A stretch of DNA of 64,000 bases, taken from positions 285,944,001 to 286,008,000 of the forward strand of contig CM075977.1 in NCBI GenBank assembly GCA_038087875.1. The letters are read 5' to 3'. This DNA is from Malacoraja senta (lineage: Eukaryota). This document shows, piece after piece, positions 1-12,610 of the stretch (position 1 is the stretch's first letter; the number at the start of each line of letters is the position of its first letter). Position numbers and translations under genes: made by a program. A model generated the notes under the pieces. The model searched no databases, had not been told where the DNA came from, and saw nothing but the letters and a program-made list of their open reading frames with translations.

Positions 1-521
1 GCATTGGAACCAATATGTACACCGTCCAAGGACTAGATGGGCAATGCAAACGGCATGATGACCAATTAAGAAGCCGCGTTCCTCCAGCGAAGACTGCGCA
101 GAACCTGACCAAAACCAAGCACCCCGGTGCCGAATCGTGTGGATACTGGAGTGCCTGACTTTGACGAAGTTCTGCCAGACGAACTCCCCGCCGATCTGCC
201 TGTGGTCCTTCGTCGATCGACACGTTGCAATCGTGGTACTCCCCCAAGGCGACTCATTCAGGAATAGAGACGTTCAAACTGGAAAGGGGGAGTGTGATGT
301 TTGGTGGACTGCGTGAGGTGGGAGGACCCGTTGCTCCTCCCATGCAGCAGGTGGCGCTGCACAGGACAAAGGGAGATGTCTTATATATAATTTATCCTGT
401 CGGCAGACAGTATGCAGGCAGTCATTGTGACTAGTCTTGCTGCCAGCATTGAGTGAAACTTTAAAGACATATGTTGTAAACTAAAGACCCTCAAGTTTTG
501 TGCAGACCTAGAAAACGAACA
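1..521 (+). mobile_element. 3' end of a Gypsy/Ty3 LTR retrotransposon: integrase C-terminus, PPT and short 3' LTR
   Basis: Translates to ...KRHDDQLRSR... and ...LRRSTRCNRGTPPRRLIQE*, typical Gypsy integrase tails. Purine tract GGAAAGGGGGAG (281-292) is followed by TGTGATGT (293). TATA-like tatata near 383. The LTR end near 521 (...gaaca) is approximate. Confidence 0.65.
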
Positions 522-900
522 CGAAAAGATGTTGAGGAGAGAGTTCATAGAAGTATGTAAAATTATGAGAGGCATAGATAGGGTAGACAGTGAGAACCTG
601 TTTCCCCTGGGCGGAAATGTCCAACACTAGAGGGCATAATTATAAGGTGAGAGAGGAAAAGTTCAATGGAGATGTGTGGGGCAAATTTTTTAGCGAATGG
701 TGAGGACCTGGAATGCTTTGCCATGGATGGTGGTGGGTGCAGATATGAAAGTAATGTATAAGAGGCTTTTAGATAGGCAAATGATGGTGCAAGTAATAGA
801 GGGATATGGATCATGTACAGCCAGTTTAATTTGGCATCATGTTCGGAGCAAACATTGTGGGCCGAAGGGCCTGTTCCTATGCTGTACTGTTCTATGTTAA
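522..900 (+). mobile_element. Decayed CR1 LINE 3' fragment
   Basis: Remnant of the (D)LIEVYKIMRGIDRVD motif; ends in ...gggccgaagggcctgttcctatgctgtactgttctatg, a CR1-type tail. Confidence 0.7.
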
Positions 901-939
901 CCAGAGAGAAAGACAAATTTGTGATATTTGAGCTAGACA

Positions 940-2302
940 TTGGGTGCAGGAATACATTGATGTACCTGACTGCTTATGTAGGAGGGTGGCCAAAAAACAT
1001 TAGATCTGAACTTTAAAGACACAACTATATCTAGAAACGCATACAAATAAAATATGTTGTTGATGTGGCAGTTGATGTGATGTGTATGGCCTGACTGTTA
1101 ATGTCATTTGGAGGAGTTCTACGCTGGAAACAATGTTGGCGGGCAAACAAATATCCTGTCAACAAGTCAGAAATTGGATTTTCTGAGGAATTCTAAGACA
1201 CACAGAAACATGTGCAAAATTGCTCTTCGACAGATGTTTAAACATTACTTTTTGGGTGTTGTTGCAGGCTCCAGAGCAAATCTGGCTGTGAAGAAACTGA
1301 AAACTGTGAAAAAAAATCTCCTGGCTTGCAGAAATATTCATTATATTGAAATGGGAAGAATTACAGTATTACAGTATATGCTAGGAAGACATGGAAAGGT
1401 TTTCAAAGATGAGCTGGACATATTGAAGGCACCCGAGCCAAATCTCTTGCACCTCACAATGGCCCCCAACAATGTTATTCCAGTCAAGGTCAGTGCCTTC
1501 TGCAGTGAAACTAAAACAGGGCGGAAACTGGCAGTGAGTCAATAATGGAATCTGTTAGGTATTCAGAATGGGCAGCACCTTTTGTGCCAGTGTTAATAAA
1601 CACTTTGCATAGATTTCCAAAATAGAAGACTTACTTGCAGCTTTGACTGGAGTGCATGCACCTCAACAGATAGTGTTACAGGAGCAGTCAAGGAAGTTTT
1701 TGACTGTCATTGCAAGGACAAGGGCTTCTTCACATCGAACCGGCCAGCTTTTGGTGTTTCGTCTGCATATCTTACTTTTTAGAAAAGCATGGAGAGGTTG
1801 CTCCAGGGCATTCCCAGGATCACTGTAAGAGTTGCATGATATCCTGGATATAGAAGCCTCGAGAGAAAAAGACACCTGCAGAGTCTGAATAAAAAATGTT
1901 GAGCAGATCAGAACAGGCAGGTTTATGTTTGGAGAAGCTGAATGTAATATAGTAAACTGGGACACCAGGTGTACACTGGAGGACTGCACCCAGTTCAAAC
2001 AAAGGTAACACCTAATATCAGTGTTCCTCTTCAAAATAATGCATCTGAGCTGAGACATATCTAAGGAATTGTTATAATAAATAATTGCCAAATCTGACAA
2101 TGCAAGAAAAGATTTTGTCCATTTCAAAGAAATGCTGCAGGATGTTAGTGCTGGTCCACTACTCAACAGAAAGAGAATTAATCATATCTTGTGACAGACT
2201 CAATATTGGGCTGTTCAATCAAATGGAAGATGGCTCTGAAAACCATTGATAGCAAAAAACAAAACATACTCTCAGCTAGATACAAAAGATTTAGCAATCA
2301 TA
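940..2302 (+). mobile_element. Ancient, degraded Gypsy gag/pol fragment (part 1 of a split element)
   Basis: Remnant motifs LGR..VFKDEL, SEWAAP(F)VPV and MEDGSE. Ends in GCA ATC ATA, which joins 4837 to give AIIFGVQQFH (RNase H-like). Confidence 0.6.
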
Positions 2303-2611
2303 CTAGACTAAGTGGGACCCGTTGGGCCCCATGTTCACACAGGAGGGCTGGTCCCCCAACACAATATTCCACCTCTCCACCAATTCCAATATTGGTGGTC
2401 AGTGGGGGGGGGGGGGCTTTCTGGTGTGCTAGTATAGGTGTGGTGGGCTGAAGGGACTGGTTTCCAGAAGGCTAGTATGGACATTGTGGGCCAAATGGAT
2501 TCTTGGGGTGGCAGCTCAGTCACTCAAGCTCAGTCACTCAAGCACCCATGTGCTGGCAGCTCACTCACGGCTGGTGGGCTGGCAGTTGACTCACGGCTAT
2601 TCCTTGAAATT

Positions 2612-2770
2612 CCATTTCAAGCAGGGTTCAGGGCCACCAAATTTAAATGTTGTTTCATACCATTTCAAGCAAGGTGCAAGGCTACAAAATTCAAATGCAG
2701 TTTCATACCATTTCATGCAGGGTGCAAGGCCACCACATTCAAATGCAGTTTCCTACCATTTCAAGCAGGT
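2612..2770. repeat. ~48-bp tandem repeat inside the Helitron
   Basis: About 3.3 copies of ccatttcaagcagggtgcaaggccaccaaattcaaatgcagtttcata. Confidence 0.8.
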
Positions 2771-3189
2771 TGAAACCACCATAAAAACACCATAAAAGCG
2801 CACAAAACACCACAAAACACCGCATAAACACCACATAAACATCACACTCAGAGTTCAGTAGACATTCAGTGTGTTCAGTTGATTCAGCCAGAGTCGTGAC
2901 CTCTCCCTCCCCCATCTTGCAGAGACTGAACCACACCTACACTACCGGGTTTTATAATCCCTCCCCCCTCCAACCGGAAGGGGCGTGGCCTTCATGGCAC
3001 AATTGACAGGAGAGAGATTCTCAACATTTTTTTAAACACTAATAACACTTTTATGTTTCATTGATGGGAAGAATCCTCTGCACCTGATGAGCGGAGGGGG
3101 CCTGAGTAAGATGGCCAAAAATCACTGCCATAAGTGGTAGCGTTTTATCTAAAATCAATATAAAGTGCAAACAGGAAGTTGTGAAGTAA

Positions 3190-4460
3190 CCACCACCAAC
3201 AGCCATTTGCAGTGCTTCACTTCAAACCCACCACCACCAACAGCCATTTGCAGTGCTTCACTTCATCCCACCACCACCAACAGCCATTTGCAGTGACCGG
3301 AAGCAAAGAGTAGGAGTGAACGGGTCCTTTTCAGAATGGCAGGCAGTGGCGAGTGGAGTGCCGCAACGCTCGGTGTGGGGGCCGCAACTGTTAACCATAT
3401 ATATTAATGATTTGGAAGAGGGAATTAGGAGCAACACTAGCAAGTTTGTGGATGACACAAAGCTGGGTGGCAATGTGAACTGTGAAGAGGATGTTAGGAG
3501 GTTGCAGGGTGACCTGGACAGGTTGAGTGAGTGGGCAGATGCGTGGCAGATGCAGTATAATATAGATAAATTGGCGGCAAAAACAAGGGGGCAGATTATT
3601 ATCTCAACGGAGTTAGGTTAGATAAGGGGGAGGTACAGCGAGACCTGGGTGTCCTTGTACTGAAAGTCACTGAAAGTTGGCGTGCAGGTACAGCAGGCAG
3701 TGAAGAAAGCTAATGGAATGTTGGCCTTCATAACAAGAGGATTTCAGTATAGGAGTAGAGACGTTCTTCTGCAGTTGTATAGGGCTCTGGTGAGACCACA
3801 TCTGGAGTATTGTGTGCAGTTTTGGTCTCCTAATTTGAGGAAGAACATCCTTGTGATTGAGGCAGTGCAGCGTAGGTTCACGAGATTGATCCCTGGGATG
3901 GCGGGACTGTCATATGAGGAAAGATTGAAAAGACTAGGCTTGTATTCACTGGAGTTTAGAAGGATGAGGGGGAATCTTATAGAAACATATAAGATTATAA
4001 AAGGACTGGACAAGCTAGATGCAGGAAAAATGTTCCCAATTTTGGGCGAGTCCAGAACCAGTGGCCACAGTCTTAGAATAAAGGGGAGGTCATTTAAGAC
4101 TGAGGTGAGAAAAAAAATTCACCCAGAGAGTTGTGAATTTGTGGAATTCCCTGCCACAGAGGGCAGTGGAGGCCAAATCACTGGATGGATTTAAGAGAGA
4201 GTTAGATAGAGCTCTAGGGGCTAGTGGAGTCAAGGGATATGGGGAGAAGGCAGGCACGGGTTATTGATAGGGGACGATCAGCCATGATCACAATGAATGG
4301 CGGTGCTGGCTCGAAGGGCCGAATGGCCTCCTGCACCTATTTTCTATGTTTCTATGTTTCTATGTTTCACCAAACCCACCACCACAAACAGCAATTTGCA
4401 GTGCTTCACTTCAAACCCACCACCACCAACAGTCATTTGCAGTGCTTCACTTCAAACCAA
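3190..4460. repeat. ~38-bp tandem array of the Helitron, split by a CR1 insertion
   Basis: Unit ccaccaccaacagccatttgcagtgcttcacttcaaac at 3190-3295, resuming at ~4370-4460. Confidence 0.8.
3296..4367 (+). mobile_element. 5'-truncated CR1 LINE (RT C-terminal part)
   Basis: SGVPQRSVWGP, KFVDDTKLGG, LVRPHLEYCVQFWSP; (TTTCTATG)n tail. Confidence 0.92.
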
Positions 4461-4836
4461 ACACATTTTCATTTTCAAACCACATTAAGGGCAGTAAAAC
4501 AACACTCACAGTTTAGTAGACATGTGTTCAGTCTTATTCACAGCTCAGACAGAGAGACGTGACCCTCTCGCTCCCCTATCTTACAGAGGCACTCAACACT
4601 TCTGGGTTTTATAGTCCCTCCGGAAGGGGCGTGGCCTTAGGGAGAGAGAATCTCAACATTCAAACACTAATAACTCTTTTATTTTTAATTGATGGGAAAA
4701 AATCATCTTTTCCTTCGCAGCAGAGGGGGGCTGAGTAAGATGGCCAAAAATCACAGCCGTAAGTGGCAGCGTTTTTTCTAAAATCAATATACAGCACAAC
4801 AGGAAGTGTTCAAGATCAGACTTTTGTTAATATAGA

Positions 4837-4928
4837 TTTGGAGTGCAACAGTTCCATGTATTCATTTAAAAATCTCACTTTACCAACAGATTCACATCAT
4901 CTCATTTTGCTGTTTCATGAACAGAAAC
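4837..4928 (+). mobile_element. Ancient Gypsy RNase H fragment (part 2), between the Helitron and the ERV
   Basis: FGVQQFH...LFHEQK; continues after the ERV at 18947. Confidence 0.6.
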
Positions 4929-7189
4929 TGTAAATCCTGGCCAAAATGGGGTTAAAATAGAACCAAAATAAAGCACAGAATCCAGGCATTCACAAGGCCT
5001 GATGGTCATTTCTGTATATGAGGACACAGGCTGCTGACTGGTGTCAGGAAGTCTAGGTCCCAGATCAGTGCCTCAGATATGAAAGGTTTGGGTATCTTTG
5101 CAATTGTTAATATGTATGAGAATCTTGCAGAGGAACTTCAGGATATTGTAAATGCATGAGTTTGATTTAATTACTGCAAAAGGATTGTAAATAATGTAAA
5201 TAATGTTGCAAGACAGTTACCCTGCTGTTAGTTGATTGGCCAAAATGTTAAGCCCTGGCAGAATTGTTTTGTGTTCCAGGGTAAATGATGCATTATTCAG
5301 TTAACTAGCTTCCTACCAGAAACTTATTTAAGAAACATTGTTTAAGACTCTCTGTAATTGGACTGGGAAACTGTCAATAATGTATTGATGTGATTGATAT
5401 GTATGAGTTTTTACGGACATTTTCAACCTCTCACTTCTGAGGTCTCAGGTCTGACGTTCCCACCTGCTTTAAAAGGGAATCAATAATATGAAAGGTTTAT
5501 CCCAAGAAGGGCAAGGTGACGTGCCTCAATGACTATCGACCAGTGGCACTAACGTCTGTGGTGATGAAATGCTTTGAGAGGCTGATCATGGCGCAAATCA
5601 ACTCATACCTCGACAAAAACCTGGACGCACTGCAGTTCGCTTACCGCCACAACAGATCAATGGTAGATGCGATCTCACTGGCTCTCCACTCCGCTCTGGA
5701 CCACTTGGACAACAAAAACTCATATGTCAGGCTGTTATTCATTGACTACAGCTCAGAATTTAATACCCTCATCTCCTCCAAGCTGGTTACCAAGCTCTCA
5801 GATCTGGGTCTCTGCGCATCCCTCTGCAATAGGATCCTCAGCTTCCTCATTCACAGACCACAGTCTGTCAGTATTGGTGGAAATGTGTCATCCTCGATAA
5901 CAATCAGCACGGGAGCACCTGAAGGCTGCGTGCTCAGCCCCCTGCTGTACTCACCCTATACTCATGACTGCGTAGCCGGACATAGTGTGAACTCCATCAT
6001 CAAGTTCGACGACGACACCATTGTTGTGGGATGTATCACTGATGGGGACGAGTCAGAGTATAGAAGTGAGATCAACAGATTGACCAAATGGTGCCAGCAC
6101 AATAATCTGGCTCTCAACACCAGCAAAACAAAGGAACTGATTGTGGACTTTGGAAAGGGTAGGATGGGGACCCACAGTCCTGTTTATACCAACGAGTCGA
6201 TGGTGGAAAGGGTCAAGAACTTCAAATTCCTGGGCGTGCATATTTCCGAAGATCGCTCCTGGTCCCAGCACACTGATGCAATTATAAAGAAAGCACACCA
6301 GCGCCACTACTTGCTGAGAAGATTATGGAGAGTCGGTATGTCAAGGAGGACTCTCTCGAACTTCTACAGGTGCACAGTAGAGAGCATACTGACCGGTTGC
6401 ATCGTGGCTTGTTTCGGCAACTTGAGCGTCCTGGAGCGGAAAAGGCTGCAAAATGTTGTAAACACTGCCCAGCCCATCATCGGCTCTGACCTCCCTACTG
6501 GGATCTATCACAGTCGCTGCCTCAAAAAGGCTGCCAACATCATCAAGGACCCACACCATCCTGGCCACACACTCATCTCTCCGCTGCCATCAGGTAGAAG
6601 GTACAGGAGCCTGAAATCTGCAACATCCAGGAACAGCTACTTCCCCACAGCCATCAGACTATTAAACACAACTTCAAACAAACTCTGAACTATAACAACC
6701 TATTGCATTTTATCTGTTTATTTACTGTATGTGTGTATATATATTTTCTATGGTATATGGACACACTGATCTGTTCTGTATTTATGCCTACAATATTCTG
6801 TTGTGCTGCAGCTATCAAGAATTTCATTGTCCTACCTGGGACACATGACAACAAACTCTCTTGACGTCTTCGATTGAAAAGGGAACCACCCCTCTGTAGT
6901 TCGGCCGCTCAAGGTTCATGGACCTATAAAAGGTAGCCCCCATTTTAGATCGATGTCGATCTTCTGGAAGGGCGCTTGGGACTGCGTGACCTTTGGGAGC
7001 ATGTCTGCTTGCACGAGGCTGAAGGGCTTGGCCAGGCAGAGACAAGGATCGAACCCACGATGGTTAGGTATCGTATAGGGGAATTTGTGTTTGTTCTAAA
7101 AATAAAGATTAGGTAGTCCAGTGCTTGAGAGTGTTTTTACTGAACTAGGCTTGGGGGGGGGGGGGGGTCACTTTAGGAGCGTATTTACA
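4929..7189 (+). repeat. ERV 5' LTR (~0.8 kb: 4929-5406 plus 6872-7189), split by a Rex1 insertion
   Basis: Matches 18171-18942. TATA box cctataaaa near 6923, AATAAA near 7101, ends TTTACA at 7189. Confidence 0.9.
5407..6871 (+). mobile_element. 5'-truncated Rex1/Babar non-LTR retrotransposon
   Basis: ORF 5516-6688 (390 aa): [60 protein letters not shown]. Absent from the 3' LTR copy. Confidence 0.9.
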
Positions 7190-7190
7190 T

Positions 7191-7208
7191 TGGAGGCTCG
7201 TCCGGGAT
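7191..7208 (+). promoter_or_regulatory. Primer-binding site, tRNA-Pro
   Basis: TGGAGGCTCGTCCGGGAT, one mismatch from the MLV-type PBS-Pro TGGGGGCTCGTCCGGGAT, one nucleotide after the LTR end. Confidence 0.9.
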
Positions 7209-8643
7209 CTCAACGGATCCCCAAACACAAGTCTGCGATTAAGGGTGTTGAGCTGTTCCCAATCGCGAGTGAAGAAATTGGCGCTACGTTGCGGTTTTCG
7301 CATTGGTTTTCCCCACTTCGCTAGTCGGAACAGATCGATCATTCACGGGCTTGGGATAGGGTCCCAACGAGATCATAGAACAGAGTCTAGCAAGCACTGG
7401 GGGCATTCGTTCCTTTGGGGTTAGAGGCCCCCTAGGGTTGGGTTCCTCTCCTATGGGTTAAAGGCCCGTAAAATGCAGGGTTGGGTTCAAATCCCTCTCC
7501 TTTGGGTTAACGGCCGGTAAAACTCTTGTGGTTAGATGCCCTGCCCAGAATTGGATATCCGATTGGCTGGATATTGGAAAACAAAACTGGGTTTAAACAG
7601 TACTAAGAGGCAAAGTACTGTGTCATTGCTGGTGCGCAGATTGGAGAGGCACTCAGAAAATTGGCATCGACTGCCAGTGTGAAGAGATTACGCGCTGACA
7701 CCCGATACTTAGCAGGTAGGAAGAGGTGCCCTGTGCAAAGGTGAATCTAGGCGGGTTCGAGTCCACGCCTGAGTGAGATATCTGGATCTCTGTAAAACGG
7801 AGGAAAGAGTCTTGAAAGGTATCGGGAACTCAGTGATTAAAGTATAAATTGGCCGAAAATACTTTAATCAATCTGCGAATTTCATATCTAAAGACGTTTC
7901 CATACAAATTTTGAATTAGAGTTTGCATACCAAAAAGTTAATTGGATGAAAGTAACAAACTGAAAATTCTTTGATTCAAATTTACTAATATTCAGAATCT
8001 CATATTGAGGTACTGATTAATCCAAAGTGTACATATCTCTCGTTCCAAGTTAACTTGTGTATAAATTCTTCGTGAGATTTGTTAATAGTTAAGATTTGTA
8101 AAGCTATGTTTTAAAAGTGTATTTAAGACTGTGGACCGTTGCATTGTATTTACTGTGTACTGCCTTTGATTTGAATTTTCTGTGTACTGCCTTTGATTTG
8201 AATTTTGAATGCTGGATATACTGTTGTAATAAGTGTTTAAATCGACTGTATAATAATATAGTTTGATAGGGACTGTTGTTATAATTGGAGTCCGACTTGT
8301 GATTGTTCGGCCGGGGTTCATATCCTTCCGATCGCTGTGTCAGGGGAGGGATTGTTCCATTGACCGAGCACACCACGAGGAGGGATTAAAATATACTGTG
8401 ATTTGCTTTTAGAACTGTACAGTTAACGAATGCGATATTAGACGAATGATTGTGGTTTATATAGGAGTGTGGCTTTGTATGATAATAATAAGTGGTGTAA
8501 TTTCTTGTCTGTGTATGGTTTTGCTTGTGTGTTTGGAGCTCATTTGCATGTGTTGGGATTGAGGTTGCTCTGGGTATAGGAAACAGGCTGCGGGAATATG
8601 TTTGATTGTGCTTGAATGTATTTGATTATTCCCTGGAGCACCT

Positions 8644-9008
8644 TAATAATAATAATAATAATAATGGATTATATTTATATAGCGCCTTTCTAATACTCAA
8701 GGTGCTTTACATCGCATTATTCATTCACTCCTCAGTCACACTCGGTGGTGGTGAGCTACATCTGTAGCCACAGCTGCCCTGGGGCACACTGACGGAAGCG
8801 TGGCTGCTAATTTGCGCCTACGGCCCCTCCGACCACCACCAATCACTCACACACATTCACACACATTCACACACATTCACACGCAGGCAAAGGTGGGTGA
8901 AGTGTCTTGCCCAAGGACACAACGACAGTATGCACTCCAAGCGGGATTCGAACCGGCTACCTTCCGGTTGCCAGCCGAACACTTAGCCCATTGCGCCATC
9001 TGTCGGCC
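8644..9008 (-). mobile_element. tRNA-derived SINE with CORE-like body and L2-type tail
   Basis: Minus strand: A box TGGCGCAATGG, B box GGTTCGAATCC, body gtgtccttgggcaagacactt, tail gtaaagcaccttgag...aggcgctatataaat followed by (ATT)n. Confidence 0.85.
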
Positions 9009-9277
9009 TGATCTTTGGATGACTTTGATCTTTGGATGACTGAGGATTGTGTAAATTATAAGATTGAACTTGTGTGAATTTGTGGGAGACAGTAGAAGAA
9101 CTCGGATACTAGATTGAATGGAGTGATTGTACAATGGTGTGCAAAAAGTGAGAGACTGCAAGGGTGCTTCGGAGCCTTTAGCCATTGTTCGGGAGCGAGC
9201 CTGATAGCCTTGGAGGTTGAGAAGGAGGAACTGTTGAAGAGGTGTGACTTAGGAGAGTGTTCCCATTGTTTAGAAAT

Positions 9278-12200
9278 ATGGGAAATAGTCTGGAGCGGGA
9301 TATGACAGAGGATGTTGGAAGCCCGTTACAATTAATAGGCAATGCATTTTCACAGAAAGCAGAGAAATTAAGAGATTTTTCGAGAGCACTAAATAAGAAA
9401 TTAGGGGACAAATTATGGCCGACGGGAGGCATTAGTACAGTGAAAGGATTAAAGGATATAGAATGAATTATTTGGGAATATTGTAATAGTGTGGTAGCAA
9501 AGGAGTTAATAGGATTATGGAGGAAATATTATGAGGAACAAAAGGCAAATAAAGAAATTAAGAGAATGGCGAGTTGGGAGAAGACAATTTCTAAACTTGG
9601 AATTGAACTGAAAGAAGGTGAAGCAAACCGACCTCCAGGCAATAGGGAGAACAGGGGTAGAGACATAAGGAACCACAGGGAACAGGGAAGAGGTAGATCT
9701 CCTGGAAGGAAACTAGTCCCTGTAAATTTAGAGTTTAGAGATCCAATGGTTGGTATTGACTTTGAGGGGGAAGAAGACGAATATTTGGAAGATTGGACAA
9801 ATGTTAACATTAAAAGACATTTGCAGCTCCCACCATGTTCCTCTTGTGCTCCCCAGGCTTCACTGACACCTTGTATAACTTGTGCCCATAATAAATATCC
9901 AGAGCCTGCAGAACCTATAACACCGCCTACAGATTCCACGATAGAACCTGCTCTACAAATATCAGCAACTAGGGCACCAGATTCTTTGACTCTATCCATT
10001 CCCCCATTAATAGATAGCTCATGGGACCAGGAGTAGAACGAAGAGGTTATCCCCGGTATTTAAAGAGAAGAAGGTATTTAAAGAGAAAGACGTAGTACAG
10101 CCACCAGAATATTTCTGCGAACCTCAACCTAGGCGAATTAGACGAGTAGCGAGAAAAAGGAAGGTACCGTGAACCTCATAGGGAGGAAGAAGATTTTCAG
10201 AAGGCTTTCGACAAGGTACCACATAAGATTAGGTTACAAACTTAAATCACACGGTATTGGGGGTTCAGTATTGATGTGGATAGAGAACTGGCTGGCAAAC
10301 AGGAAGCAAAGAGTAGGAGTAAACGGGTCCTTTTCACAATGGCAGGCAGTGACTAGTGGGGTACCGCAAGGCTCAGTGCTGGGACCCCAGCTATTTACAA
10401 TTTATATTAATGAACTGGATGAGGGAATTGAAAGCAACATCTCCAAGTTTGCGGATGACACTAAGCTGGGGGGCAGTGTTAGCTGTGAGGAGGATGCTAG
10501 GAGACTGCAAGGTGACTTGGATAGGCTGGGTGAGTGAGCAAATGTTTGGCAGATGCAGTATAATGTGGATAAATGTGAGGTTATCCACTTTGGTGGCAAA
10601 ATCGGGAAGGCAGACTATTATCTAAATGGTGGCCGATTAGGAAATGGGGAGATGCAGCGAGACCTGGGTGTCATGGTACACCAGTCATTGAAAGTAGGCA
10701 TGCAGGTGCAGCAGGCAGTGAAGAAAGTGAATGGTATGTTGGCCTTCATAGCAAGAGGATTTGAGTATAGGAGCAGGGAGGTTCTACTGCAGTTGTACAG
10801 GGTCTTGGTGAGACCACACCTGGAGTATTGCGTACAGTTTTGGTCTCCAAATCTGAGGAAGGACATTATAGCCATAGAGGGAGTGCAGAGAAGGTTCACC
10901 AGACTGATTCCTGGGATGTCAGGACTTTCATATGAAGAAAGACTGGATAGACTTGGCTTATACTCGCTAGAATTGAGGAGATTGAGAGGGGATCTTATAG
11001 AAACGTACAAAATTCTTATGGAGTTGGACAGGCTAGATGCAGGAAGATTGTTCCCGATGTTGGGGAAGTCCAGGACAAGGGGTCACAGCTTAAGGATAAG
11101 GGGGAAATCCTTTAAGACCGAGATGAGGAAAAACTTTTTCACACAGAAAGTGGTGAATCTCTGGAACTCTCTGCCACAGAGGGTAGTTGAGGCCAGTTCA
11201 TTGGCTATATTTAAGAGGGAGTTAGATGTGGCCCTTGTGGCTAAGGGGATCAGGGGATATGGAGAGAAGGCAGGTACGGGATACTGAGTTGGATGATCAG
11301 CCATGATCATATTGAATGGCGGTGCAGGCTCGAAGGGCCGAATGGCCTACTCCTGCACCTATTTTCTATGTTTCTATGTTTCTATCTGAGGGTGAGACAA
11401 TACTTGAAGATACCGAGATAGATTTTGATGTGACAGAAAGTGTAAAAAACAAACAGATATCCCATAGACAATTCCCAGTCAGGGAAGTGCCTAATCCTGC
11501 TTTTGATTCAGCCAGTGCAGTGGGTGTAAATAATCCCCGCAACTTAGATGTCCATACTCCATGGAAGCCCCACAAAATAATAGCAGTGTTAAACAAAATC
11601 TCTGATAGAAAGAAGTCACCTGCCTCCTTTGTAGATTATTTAAGAACTACAATGCGTGTACATCATGCAGACTCCTGAGACCTATGGGCGATGATACAAC
11701 AGATAATTACTCCAGCAGAACACACCAGATATTTAGCAACCTGGGACACCCGACACATGAAGCATTGGCAAATATAATAGCAGATGATAGTGCAAGAGAA
11801 GAGGCTGTTTTAATTGTCCTTGCAACCACCCTACAGAAGCCAATTGATTTAGCAAGAAACCTGGAGATAAAACCAAAAAAGGGAGAGGGAGCAGATGAAT
11901 TCTTAGAATGATTCTCAAGATTATATATGGATCAATCAGGTGACTTAAATTATCAAAATGGAATAAATTCCCCACAATATTGTGCCATCTTATTGATTTG
12001 TCTCCCCACTACTGTAGCTGAATCGATAAGGACCCATAACGTGGACTGGTCTGAGAACCACGCCAGTCAAATGTCCAGAGCTGTGAGATACCATTGGAAG
12101 GATGGTAGGAAACAGGAAGATCATCCTGTAACTGGAAGAGGAAATGAATATATGGTTAAGAATGAGGGACCAAGCTCTGGCTCAGGACCATGGAGTCCTC

Positions 12201-12610
12201 AAATGTTAGCAAAGAATGGAATGGGAGACATAAGAGTCCCAGAATCTCCGGATCATTATTACAATCATACTCCCATTTTAGAACCAATTTTGCTGGGACT
12301 AAGTGGTAAAATAAATCCAATAACATTACCCAATCAATGTTATACTTGTGGTGGAATGGGACAATGGATCTGAGCCTGCCCGACAAGTGAACGAGTGGGA
12401 GGAAGGAGTCAAGGAAATAACTTCCAGGATCATGTGGACATTCGGGATCCTAGAGGATATAGAAACATCCAAGATCCCAGGAATTATAGGAGGTCCTTAA
12501 ATTCAAGAGACTTCTGGGATCCAAGAGAACAAAGAGAGAGCTGGCCAGAGCATCAGGGACCAAGAAGACACACACCTTTTATGCAAACTATCCCATTCTC
12601 ACAGTCCTGA
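9278..12610 (+). pseudogene. gag: ERV gag pseudogene, interrupted by CR1 at 10195-11385
   Basis: MGNS myristoylation-type start and matrix WPTGG. Pro-rich region. Capsid-like QFPVREVPNP and HTPWKP segments. Degenerate zinc knuckle CYTCGGMGQWI*ACP near 12338. Several in-frame stops. Confidence 0.75.
10195..11385 (+). mobile_element. 5'-truncated young CR1 LINE inserted in ERV gag
   Basis: [18 protein letters not shown]; (TTTCTATG)n tail. Nearly identical to 63055-64000. Removing it restores gag ...EEEDSEGETIL. Confidence 0.93.

Larger units (their letters stand above)
2303..4836 (-). mobile_element. Non-autonomous Helitron
   Basis: Minus strand starts TC(TATATTAAC) at 4836 and ends CTAG at 2303, with a GC hairpin (gggcccaacgggtccc) just before the 3' end. 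Inserted between A and T with no TSD. Removing it restores the Gypsy frame. Contains internal minisatellites. Confidence 0.85.

Noticed and set aside
8925-9008. tRNA gene
   Set aside because: The A/B boxes are the head of a SINE that continues into a body and an (ATT)n tail.
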